A stretch of DNA of 62,695 nucleotides, filler included. It is 8 parts of 8 records of this genome, joined end to end, with 100 filler letters (N's around TTAATTAATTAA, not from the genome) between each part and the next. Parts side by side here need not be neighbours in the genome. Positions count along the whole stretch, not along the records: positions 39,680 to 45,339 come from SRR31147125_22822; positions 45,440 to 50,509 come from SRR31147125_22828; 6 more parts are not named here. One strand, given 5' to 3'. Every line of letters starts with the position of its first letter. The stretch's first letter is position 1. The notes below the pieces were generated by a model. The model did no database searches, had not been told where the DNA came from, and saw nothing but the letters and a program-made list of their open reading frames with translations. This document shows, one piece after another, positions 39,680 to 48,193 of the stretch. Both the position numbers and the translations under genes were made by a program.

Positions 39680-40345
39680 GTCCCAATCAATGGTGTTCCG
39701 GTTCTTGTTTTAACAGTAAAGGCTTTTATCGACGCATTCGGTGAATCAAATTTCGATTTACTCAGCATAATGATTACCTGCAAACCGGGACAGATTGAAC
39801 AGACTCGATCCGTACTCGATTCGAAAGGTGATGTTCCTGTTTATTTCATCGAGGGCGGGAAATTCAGACAGGCATCGGTACTGAATGGACTGGAAGCGCT
39901 AAACTCTGTACATGCTGCCAATCTACCGGATGTTGTACTGATACACGACGGTTCAAGACCGTGGGTCAGCACGCCAATCATTCTCACTACCGTTGAAGCG
40001 GCATATCGTTGCGGCGGCAGCGCACCGGTTGTGCACATTGTAGATTCCTTGAAATCCGTGGATGAACATGGTTTCCTCATAGCCCATCATGATCGTGAAA
40101 AATTCAGGGCGGTTCAAACACCGCAGACTTTTCGATTCACGGAAATCCTATCTGCTCATCGCAAGGCGGTATCCGGGAACAGTCAATATGCTGATGACAC
40201 CGAAATTTTTTGCGACTGGGGCGGTACTGTAACAGCGGTAGCGGGTGATATACGCAATAGAAAGATCACCTACCCCTCAGATATTGCGGAAGACATTACG
40301 AACGATACAAGCAAATCCGCAGCACCGAATGGAGAAACTATATGA
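39680..40345 (+). CDS. ispD: 2-C-methyl-D-erythritol 4-phosphate cytidylyltransferase, 5'-truncated
   Basis: 'GGKFRQASVLNGL', 'VLIHDGSRP', 'VQTPQTF', 'NRKITYPSD'. Adjacent to ispF. Confidence 0.9.
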   Translation, partial: VPINGVPVLVLTVKAFIDAFGESNFDLLSIMITCKPGQIEQTRSVLDSKGDVPVYFIEGGKFRQASVLNGLEALNSVHAANLPDVVLIHDGSRPWVSTPIILTTVEAAYRCGGSAPVVHIVDSLKSVDEHGFLIAHHDREKFRAVQTPQTFRFTEILSAHRKAVSGNSQYADDTEIFCDWGGTVTAVAGDIRNRKITYPSDIAEDITNDTSKSAAPNGETI

Positions 40346-40833
40346 GAATTGGTTCAGGTCACGATACACACAGACTGGTTTCCGGACGCAAGCTGATCTT
40401 GGGAGGCATCCAGGTAGAGGCCCCTTTTGGACCACAAGCTCATTCAGATGGTGATGTACTGCTGCATGCCATAATCGATGCGTTACTTGGTGCTGCCGGT
40501 CTCGGTGATATTGGAGAGCTGTTTCCACCCAGTGATGATCGCTGGAAAGATGCAGACAGTATCTACCTGCTGAGCATTGTCCTCGGGAAACTTGCCGATG
40601 AAGGGCTTACTCCGGTGCATATCGATTCAACAATTCACCTGGAAAAACCCTCTTTGCGTACAATAAAACCACAGATCAGGGAAAAATTATCTGAGATCCT
40701 TCCGCTGCATACTTCCAGAATATCGGTCAAAGCCAAAAGTGGTGAAGGGCTGGGGCCAATAGGAAGAGGCGAGGCAGTTGCCGCCGACGCGGTCGTTCTT
40801 CTAGAGGAGCTGGAACAGGATTCCTGGGTCTGA
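40342..40833 (+). CDS. ispF: 2-C-methyl-D-erythritol 2,4-cyclodiphosphate synthase
   Basis: 'MRIGSGHDTHRL', 'AHSDGDVLLHAIIDALLGAAGLGDIG'. Confidence 0.95.
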   Translation: MRIGSGHDTHRLVSGRKLILGGIQVEAPFGPQAHSDGDVLLHAIIDALLGAAGLGDIGELFPPSDDRWKDADSIYLLSIVLGKLADEGLTPVHIDSTIHLEKPSLRTIKPQIREKLSEILPLHTSRISVKAKSGEGLGPIGRGEAVAADAVVLLEELEQDSWV

Positions 40834-40949
40834 TCATCTCACGTGTACATACATGCGTGTACATACAGGCAACTTCAATTAATGACTAATTAATTACTAC
40901 TGGCAGATAGTGATACATTTCCCACACTCTTTCGGTCAGCTCATACCAA

Positions 40950-41000
40950 TAAAAAAAGCCCTGCAACACCTGACTGAAACAGCCAAGGTTCAGGGCTTTA
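40950..41000 (-). terminator. Probable terminator for the fusA-ATPase transcript
   Basis: AAAGCCCTG...CAGGGCTTT stem with a large loop. The poly-A flank on plus gives a U tract on minus. Confidence 0.5.
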
Positions 41001-41041
41001 TCTATATAATCGGGTATACAAGATACCCTAACTAGCCGAAA

Positions 41042-41746
41042 TTACTCTTCTGAAATCAACATTGTCTTGGGGTCAAGCTGCAATGCCATCTCAACCGGTT
41101 CTGTTCTGCCGTGATCGCGAACAACGGTCATTACAACGTGGTCATCCTTATATTTCAATCCGATGAGTACATCCAGCTTATCCGTTACTTTATCCAAAGT
41201 TGCGGGTATTCCGAACTCATCAAAATCAACATCCTTAACAACCGGTGATACACTGAACCATACTTCAATATTCATCTCTTCAGCAAATGCTTTAATTCTC
41301 AGGATGTCATCCTCATCAACGAGAGTCATCTGATACCCATCGAAAACAACCGCGTCAGCATTGAATCCACCATCACTGATCATCGCCTTGAGACTGGTGA
41401 GTATCTGATCAACGGTAACCTTATCCTGGTTGAAGTTCATAATTACACGATGCTTGATCAGTTCGTCATGTACGTCCATCGCGTTTTCCAGATGACGTTT
41501 CTTTGAAATCTCTGTGAAAATATCTTCATACCAGGCAATTACATGATTCACGTTCTGTGAAAATGACACATGAATAACCTGTTCATCCTTGAAAAGCTTG
41601 TCAGTCGCGATATGTACCAGACACGCGGTTTTGCCGATGCCGTGTTTAGAGGCAATAACCCCAAGTTTCCCTTTACCAAGGCCGCCGTGAATTGATTTCT
41701 CAAATATACGAAGCGGGCTTCTCTGTATTAATTCTTGTCTTACCAT
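41042..41746 (-). CDS. Uncharacterised RecA/KaiC/DnaB-like P-loop protein
   Basis: 'GGLGKGKLGVIASKHGIGKTACL' (Walker A variant) and 'AVVFDG' (Walker B-like). Start at ATG 41746 from a GGAGG RBS. Confidence 0.7.
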   Translation of the reverse strand: MVRQELIQRSPLRIFEKSIHGGLGKGKLGVIASKHGIGKTACLVHIATDKLFKDEQVIHVSFSQNVNHVIAWYEDIFTEISKKRHLENAMDVHDELIKHRVIMNFNQDKVTVDQILTSLKAMISDGGFNADAVVFDGYQMTLVDEDDILRIKAFAEEMNIEVWFSVSPVVKDVDFDEFGIPATLDKVTDKLDVLIGLKYKDDHVVMTVVRDHGRTEPVEMALQLDPKTMLISEE

Positions 41747-41797
41747 TTTACTTTCCTCCAATAGTGCCGGATGAAGCGCATAGCACTTCACATGAAT

Positions 41798-43885
41798 CTA
41801 TTTCCCAGTTTCTTTTCTCTTTTTCTCTTCGTGCGCCTTCTTCAACTCATCTGAAATACTCTGCGGAACTTTTCCGTATTTGGCAAATTCCATGGTATAT
41901 TCGGCTTTTCCCTGGGTCAGAGATCGCAGAGTTGTTGAGTATCCGAACATCTCGCTAAGTGGAACGTCGGCTTCTACGGTACAGAAATTACCTTCCTCAA
42001 CCGCACTGACAATAATACCACGGCGCTGGTTGATTGATCCAAAGATATTCCCCTGGAACTCAGTCGGTCCTTCAACCGATACTTTCATAATCGGTTCCAT
42101 AATGATGGGTTTCGCCCGGCTGTATACATCTCTGAATGCCCCAATAGAGGCTGTCTGGAATGCCATATCAGATGAGTCAACATTATGGTATTGTCCGTCA
42201 TTAATGGTAATTTTTACGCCGACAATGGGAAATCCGATAAGCGTGCCCTTTTTCAAGGCTGCCTGGAAGCCCTTGTCACATGATGGAATATATTCATTGG
42301 GGATTACACCACCCTTAATGTTATTCACAAACTCATAATCGCCTTCTGCAAGCGGTTCAACAAATCCTGCTACCCGACCATACTGGCCAGATCCACCTGT
42401 CTGCTTTTTGTGGGTATAATTGAAATCAGCCAGTTTGCTGATGGTCTCCCGGTAAGCTACCTGAGGCTGCCCGGTTTCCACTTCAGCCTTATATTCACGT
42501 TTCATACGCTCGATATAGACTTCAAGGTGCAGCTCCCCCATTCCCTGAACGATAGTTTCATTTGATTCGGGATCAACGTATGTTCTGAAGGTGGGGTCTT
42601 CTTTGGTGAATCTATTGAGGGCTTTGGCCATATTGTCCGCCGCTTTCTTATCAATGGGATTGATGGCAAGACTGATTACTGGAGCTGGGACAAACATACT
42701 GGTCATTGAGTAGTTCAGCTGGGGTGAACAGAAGGTGTCCCCGGAAGCACAGTCAACGCCGAAAAGAGCCGCGATGTCACCACAGCCTGCGGACTGGATA
42801 TCTTCCATATCGCTGGCATGCATTTTGATAAGACGACCAACTTTGAACTTCTTGCGTGAACGTACATTGTAGAGCTCATCACCCTTTTTAATCTCACCCT
42901 GATATACCCTGATATAGGTAAGCTGTCCGTACTGTCCATCTTCAAGTTTGAAGGCCAGCGCCACGATCGGCTTGGAGGGATCGGAGGGAAGCACTACTTC
43001 CTTTTCACCATCATCCAGATCCAAAGCCCGGTTTTCAACCTCGGTCGGATTGGGCAGATACTTGAGCACTGCATCCATCAAGGGCTGAACACCTTTGTTT
43101 TTGTAGGCTGTACCCATAAATACCGGAGTCAAATCCATGGAGAGTGTTCCCTTTCTGATTGCCTCATAGATAAGCTCTTCAGTAACATTCTCTTCAAGCA
43201 TTGCTTCCATCAGCTCATCGGAGTAGAGAGAAACTGCATCGAGCATCTCTTCCCGTTTTTCATTCGCTTCATCAGCAAGGTGAGCCGGAATGTCTTCGTA
43301 TCGCAGATCTTCTCCCTGGGGCCCGTCAAAGTAGATGGCCTGCATGGTTACCAGATCAACCACTCCTTCCATCTTGTCCTCTAGACCAATTGGAATCTGC
43401 ATCAGGACAGCGTTGTGATCAAGTTTATTAATCAGCTGTTCCTTTACTTTATAGGGATTTGCACCTGTTCGGTCACATTTATTGATAAACGCAATCCTCG
43501 GTACATGATAACGCTTCATCTGTCTGTCAACGGTAATGGACTGTGACTGCACTCCACCTACAGAACAAAGCACAAGAACAGCTCCGTCCAGTACACGAAG
43601 AGATCGTTCAACCTCTATGGTAAAGTCAACGTGACCCGGAGTGTCGATAATATTTATGTCGTAATCTTTCCAGGTAACATTGGTAGCCGCGGATGCAATG
43701 GTGATACCGCGTTCTTTTTCCAGCTCCATAGAATCCATGGTAGCCCCGACTCCATCTTTACCCCGCACTTCGTGGATAGCATGAATTCTGTTGCAGTAGA
43801 ACAGTATTCGTTCCGACAGGGTCGTCTTTCCTGAATCAATATGGGCACTGATGCCGATATTCCTCATCTGACTGATATTTGCCAT
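41798..43885 (-). CDS. fusA: Elongation factor G (probably spirochaete/mitochondrial-like EF-G1 subfamily)
   Basis: '[16 protein letters not shown]', '[26 protein letters not shown]', 'DTPGHVDF', 'NKCD', 'GMGELHL', '[10 protein letters not shown]'. Confidence 0.97.
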   Translation of the reverse strand: MANISQMRNIGISAHIDSGKTTLSERILFYCNRIHAIHEVRGKDGVGATMDSMELEKERGITIASAATNVTWKDYDINIIDTPGHVDFTIEVERSLRVLDGAVLVLCSVGGVQSQSITVDRQMKRYHVPRIAFINKCDRTGANPYKVKEQLINKLDHNAVLMQIPIGLEDKMEGVVDLVTMQAIYFDGPQGEDLRYEDIPAHLADEANEKREEMLDAVSLYSDELMEAMLEENVTEELIYEAIRKGTLSMDLTPVFMGTAYKNKGVQPLMDAVLKYLPNPTEVENRALDLDDGEKEVVLPSDPSKPIVALAFKLEDGQYGQLTYIRVYQGEIKKGDELYNVRSRKKFKVGRLIKMHASDMEDIQSAGCGDIAALFGVDCASGDTFCSPQLNYSMTSMFVPAPVISLAINPIDKKAADNMAKALNRFTKEDPTFRTYVDPESNETIVQGMGELHLEVYIERMKREYKAEVETGQPQVAYRETISKLADFNYTHKKQTGGSGQYGRVAGFVEPLAEGDYEFVNNIKGGVIPNEYIPSCDKGFQAALKKGTLIGFPIVGVKITINDGQYHNVDSSDMAFQTASIGAFRDVYSRAKPIIMEPIMKVSVEGPTEFQGNIFGSINQRRGIIVSAVEEGNFCTVEADVPLSEMFGYSTTLRSLTQGKAEYTMEFAKYGKVPQSISDELKKAHEEKKRKETGK

Positions 43886-44040
43886 TTTCTTTCCTTATAT
43901 CCCGGTATAATCCGGTCGATTTCGTAAAGCTGTTCCGTGGGTCTCTTTTCCGCACCGTAGTTCAGAAGAGGTCCGCAATAGGATGTACAGCTATTTTTCA
44001 AGTTCAGGCTCATGCGTCCGACAAAACGCATCAGGTCGGG

Positions 44041-44069
44041 ATTCTAGTATAGTTCCAGTATTTATTCAA
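44041..44069 (-). promoter_or_regulatory. Sigma70-like promoter for fusA
   Basis: Minus strand TTGAAT-17 nt-TAGAAT, about 155 nt upstream of the ATG. Confidence 0.55.
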
Positions 44070-44278
44070 TCCTTTTTCTGCTAAATATGTGCATGATTTT
44101 TGAAATAATTATAACCACAGCAAAAAGTTGATGAAATTCATGCTTAATTCAGTATTTTTGTCAACAATTTACCGAACCCTTTCTGTGCAAAGCCTTTTTA
44201 TTGTATAATTATGCATATGTAAATCCACTTTTTTACGAGCACTTTTCCAAAAGGTGCCCTTTACCAAGGAGGTCCTGC

Positions 44279-44680
44279 ATGGCCACATTGTTCACAAAAA
44301 TCTGCGATGGTGATATCCCTTCAGTGAAACTGTACGAAGACGATCTCTGCTTTTCCATTCTCGATATAGCTCCGGTTAATAAGGGACACCTGCTGGTGAT
44401 TTCCAAAGCCGAATACGAAACCGTGCTGGATTGCCCGGATGATGTACTGGCACATCTGATCCAGGTCGCGAAACGCATGGCTGCCACACTAAAGGATCGT
44501 TTGGGGGTTGATGGTTTCAATATCATGATTAACAACGGAGCGGCATCCGGTCAGGAAGTCCCGCATCTTCATCTGCATGTCATACCTCGATTTACGGGTG
44601 ATGGGAAAACTCCAGCCATGAAGAAGGAACAGTATGAAGATGGTGAAATGGCAGATATGGGGAAAATACTTATTTCATGA
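44279..44680 (+). CDS. HIT family nucleotide hydrolase
   Basis: HxHxH motif 'QEVPHLHLHVIPR'. AGGAGG RBS supports ATG 44279. Confidence 0.92.
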   Translation: MATLFTKICDGDIPSVKLYEDDLCFSILDIAPVNKGHLLVISKAEYETVLDCPDDVLAHLIQVAKRMAATLKDRLGVDGFNIMINNGAASGQEVPHLHLHVIPRFTGDGKTPAMKKEQYEDGEMADMGKILIS

Positions 44681-44763
44681 GTTCGCTTATTTCATAGGTT
44701 CGCTTACATGGCACGTTGCACTCCGAGTTCTCTGTACTCCGAGTACTTTGTACTCGCCCTTTC

Positions 44764-45339
44764 CTAATCCTGAAGTTTGCATCGATAGAGCAGACTCTTT
44801 CCGGCAGACAGACTGCAGTTCAAGTAACCATTTTCAATGCGGCTGGATTCTTTGCTGAAGATTTCCCGCGCATCCACAGCTCCAATTTCATAAACCGGGA
44901 TACGTAACTCTATCATTTCCTGCTCACGGTTCATGATTAGTACAAAGCCCGTATCGCCCATAAATCGGCTGAAAACAACAACATGTTCCCGAACAAGAAG
45001 TATCTTCCAACCGCCTTCAGCCAGAGCGGGTTCTCTTGATTTCAAATTCCCCAGCTGCTTATACAGATTGAAAATATCACCCTTGTGCCCCGACAAGTCC
45101 GGATTCCAATCCATGGGATAGCGCGCCCCTTCTATAGAGTGCACATGTCCATCCAATCCAATTTCATCCCCATAATAATAGGAGACTGCTCCCGGCAGCA
45201 TGAACAGCATCATCATGACCCCCCGATACAGTTCCCAGTCATACACATCTATATTGTTATGCAGACGCGGAGTATCATGCGAATTGATTAAGTTGAACTC
45301 CCTGAATACCAGCTGATTAGGAATTCTGGACAGATGCGC
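44764..45339 (-). CDS. GH13 alpha-glycosidase (neopullulanase/MalZ-like), C-terminal part, 5'-truncated
   Basis: Frame extends to the contig edge through 'NLINSHDTPR'; also 'LPGAVSYYYGDEIG' and 'RYPMDW'. Confidence 0.82.
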   Translation of the reverse strand, partial: AHLSRIPNQLVFREFNLINSHDTPRLHNNIDVYDWELYRGVMMMLFMLPGAVSYYYGDEIGLDGHVHSIEGARYPMDWNPDLSGHKGDIFNLYKQLGNLKSREPALAEGGWKILLVREHVVVFSRFMGDTGFVLIMNREQEMIELRIPVYEIGAVDAREIFSKESSRIENGYLNCSLSAGKSLLYRCKLQD

Positions 45340-45439
45340 NNNNNNNNNNNNNNNNNNNNNNNNNNNNNNNNNNNNNNNNNNNNTTAATTAATTAANNNNN
45401 NNNNNNNNNNNNNNNNNNNNNNNNNNNNNNNNNNNNNNN
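45340..45439. other. Artificial contig spacer
   Basis: N-run / TTAATTAATTAA / N-run. Confidence 0.98.
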
Positions 45440-45706
45440 AAAAGCAGCAAATGTCTCGAATTTTCCATGCCCATAAGGATGCGTTTCATCAGCAGGTTTT
45501 GATCCGAAATATGCCCCTACATATACAATTACATCTGTAAACAGATCTGAAACTGAATGAATACCATCAGCAATAAGTGCAATAGAGCCACAAAAAAAAC
45601 CAACCGTAATCTTGATTACGGATAGCAATAGATTGACTCCAACACCAAAAAGGGTGACTTTTTTTATTGCTGCAAAATTTGAATCTGTTACTTCATTTAA
45701 GTCCAT
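45440..45706 (-). CDS. Cation diffusion facilitator (FieF-like), 3'-truncated
   Basis: 'SIALIADGIHSVSD', 'KPADETHPYGHGKFE'. Confidence 0.88.
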
Positions 45707-45726
45707 TAGTAAATTTTCCAAAAGGA

Positions 45727-45762
45727 AAACCCCCGCCGATAATTTCAGCGGGGGTTATTTTT
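45727..45762 (-). terminator. Intrinsic terminator after the BcsB-like gene
   Basis: Minus strand AACCCCCGCTGA-AATTA-TCGGCGGGGGTT followed by TTCCTTTT. Confidence 0.75.
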
Positions 45763-45777
45763 GTCAGTTTAGCAGTC

Positions 45778-48123
45778 TTACTTTCTGGCTGCTCTTCTTA
45801 ACGCTTCCTGTTTCTTTTTCTCTTTCTTTCTCTGTCTCCAGTAACGGACAAGAGAAACGACGATGTAGATCACGATAATGAGTAACAAGATATAGAGAAC
45901 TGTTTGCCAGAAGTTCAAATAGATCCATGTTTGAGTTTCTTCTCTGGCTGGAAGTTCACCAATAAGTTGCTTTTCCGAAGTTTGTGTTGCTTTGATTTTA
46001 TCATTATCAAACGAGAAGGAAATGTTGTGTTCCAGCTTGGAAAGTTTCCTCGAATCCGTCAAGGCATCAAGAGCCAAATCAAGTTCTGATTTGAACTGAC
46101 CACGGATAAGCAACATGGTCTTGTTCGGATTGAATGGGGAATTGATCTGCTCTATGAGACCAGCCGACTTGAATTCCAGAGTCTTCATTTCTTCATCTTC
46201 CATAGTACGGAAGACCAACTCGTCCTGATCGTTATAGAATAGCCTTGTATCTCCGACAAGATTCTTAACGACAGAATATTTTGGCGTCGAATCAATTACA
46301 ATCAAATGATCCTCTGATTTTACAGTCTCCGGCAAATTGCTGAGCTGGAAGGCTTTAATATAAATCCCTTCAGATTCAGTTACTCTACCAAGCTCAGCCG
46401 ATACAGTAAGTAAGGCTCTGTAGTCATTGCTATCAAGATTGTCTTCTACAACTATACTGGTATCATGCAAATCCTGATAAAGAGTATACGGGAACCATTC
46501 ATATTTCAAGAAAGCCAGATCAGGCAGATATACCCAGTAGTATCTAGGCATCGTTAGCTGTGTTTCCTTATGAACAGTGGCCCATAGATGTCTGTCTGAA
46601 ACTCTACCACAATGGATGTATGATTCAGGATAGAGGAAGAATCTTACATAGACTTTATTAACCGGTCTTAAAAGATCAACAGGTAAATCAACTACCAATT
46701 CAGCACGAGATTCACCTTCTTTTTTATCCAGATATTTTGAGTTGATCGAGATACCGTTCAAAACGATTTCCATCGAAGACAGTTTGTTCTGAAGTTGTGC
46801 CGAATATGAATAGACCAACTTCATTTTCTGCTGAGCAACGATCGGATGTGAATCAGGTTCCATAATAAGATCAATGCCGATTGTTGTGGCAAAAAATCCT
46901 CTGACCGTAACATCTTCAAACTCGATATCTGCAAGAGTAAACTCGCTGTCTTTCGGGATATGCTTGGTCTTTGTTCTTTGATCTTCAATGATTGGACGAG
47001 GATCGATCTTTTTGACGATCAATGCTTGTCCTGTAATGCTTTTGTCATAAGGCAATTCAGAAATGGCTGCGACTGCTTTGGCTACACCAACTTCGGAATT
47101 ACCGGTAAGAATCAATAATGCCAAACTTGGATTGTTCGGATGGGTAGTAAAGATAATTACACCATCTTCACCGAATATCGGCTTTCCATCCGGAGTCGTG
47201 AATTTTGCTTCAAAACCTGTATCGCTGATAAGAGGCAATGGCAGAGCTTTGTCTTCTGGAAGATTGGCAAGCTCTCTGATTGCAGCATTCTCTTTTGGGG
47301 TTCCGATCATGACGACGTGGTTTTCCGGTTTGGCTACCGCATCTACGTCAGTAATGTATTCGGCTTTCTTCCATGACATTGTACGTCCAAGACCAACCTG
47401 AAAACGAGCAATTGATGTCAGTGTGGAAGGGGATGGCTCTGATGGCAAAGAATAAATAATGTTGGTTTTCTCGTAACCGAATCTTTCAAAAATAGGGAAA
47501 GGATAGGCTGCCAAATCCACATACGGAGCTTTTTCTTTGTAACGTATGTGAATTTTGCTTGTTCTGTGAACACGTGACCACAATGATGGATCGAAGGGGT
47601 CTTCACATTCCAGAATACCGTTATGAGCATAACCCATGATTTCCAGAGAGTTGAACTCTTTCAGGAGATCTGTTGGGATATCCAGATTATAAATAACCGT
47701 GTTGACATTGGTCTCATCGAGTTTGGTAGTAAACAATACTCTACCGTTCAGCACAAAAACTATTGCTGAAAGCTGAGCAAACAATGTCGGGCTGTGGCAC
47801 ATGTGAACTTCGATCTTGCTACCTTTTTGAACTTCCCAATTTCTTGGAACTGAGAAATCCACTCTTCTGTAGGAATTCACACCAGGCAACAAAATATCTT
47901 CGGAAATAAACAGGTCTTCCTCAAATTCGATTACACCCCATTTAAGCTCATTTCCTGTGCTTTTTTTGTAAACCCTTGAAGGAGCAGCATATGTCGTCCC
48001 TGTAATTCTACTTCCCTCTTCTGCCGAAGCTACCGGAGCCGCGACATACAACAAGGGTACTAGAAGAAACGTCAATACCGCAGAAACAATCGCTCTTCGA
48101 TAAGTAAGCATCATACACCTCAC
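45778..48123 (-). CDS. BcsB-like polysaccharide synthase partner (periplasmic, C-terminal TM anchor)
   Basis: Signal peptide; two repeated jelly-roll + flavodoxin-like modules ('SP.L...SAIVFVLNG', 'C.DPFDPSLW', 'DLAAYPFP' / 'YSAQL...SSMEIVLNG', 'LPDLAFL...FPY'); single C-terminal TM followed by a basic tail. Confidence 0.75.
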   Translation of the reverse strand: MRCMMLTYRRAIVSAVLTFLLVPLLYVAAPVASAEEGSRITGTTYAAPSRVYKKSTGNELKWGVIEFEEDLFISEDILLPGVNSYRRVDFSVPRNWEVQKGSKIEVHMCHSPTLFAQLSAIVFVLNGRVLFTTKLDETNVNTVIYNLDIPTDLLKEFNSLEIMGYAHNGILECEDPFDPSLWSRVHRTSKIHIRYKEKAPYVDLAAYPFPIFERFGYEKTNIIYSLPSEPSPSTLTSIARFQVGLGRTMSWKKAEYITDVDAVAKPENHVVMIGTPKENAAIRELANLPEDKALPLPLISDTGFEAKFTTPDGKPIFGEDGVIIFTTHPNNPSLALLILTGNSEVGVAKAVAAISELPYDKSITGQALIVKKIDPRPIIEDQRTKTKHIPKDSEFTLADIEFEDVTVRGFFATTIGIDLIMEPDSHPIVAQQKMKLVYSYSAQLQNKLSSMEIVLNGISINSKYLDKKEGESRAELVVDLPVDLLRPVNKVYVRFFLYPESYIHCGRVSDRHLWATVHKETQLTMPRYYWVYLPDLAFLKYEWFPYTLYQDLHDTSIVVEDNLDSNDYRALLTVSAELGRVTESEGIYIKAFQLSNLPETVKSEDHLIVIDSTPKYSVVKNLVGDTRLFYNDQDELVFRTMEDEEMKTLEFKSAGLIEQINSPFNPNKTMLLIRGQFKSELDLALDALTDSRKLSKLEHNISFSFDNDKIKATQTSEKQLIGELPAREETQTWIYLNFWQTVLYILLLIIVIYIVVSLVRYWRQRKKEKKKQEALRRAARK

Positions 48124-48193
48124 CCTTTCTCAATATCACTTAATGTCAGAATATGATTTGGTTTAAAAGTTTTCATCATACTTTCAAATTATA

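Noticed and set aside
40842-40868. CGTGTACATACA direct repeat after ispF
   Set aside because: Only two short adjacent copies with no spacer structure; likely a local duplication.
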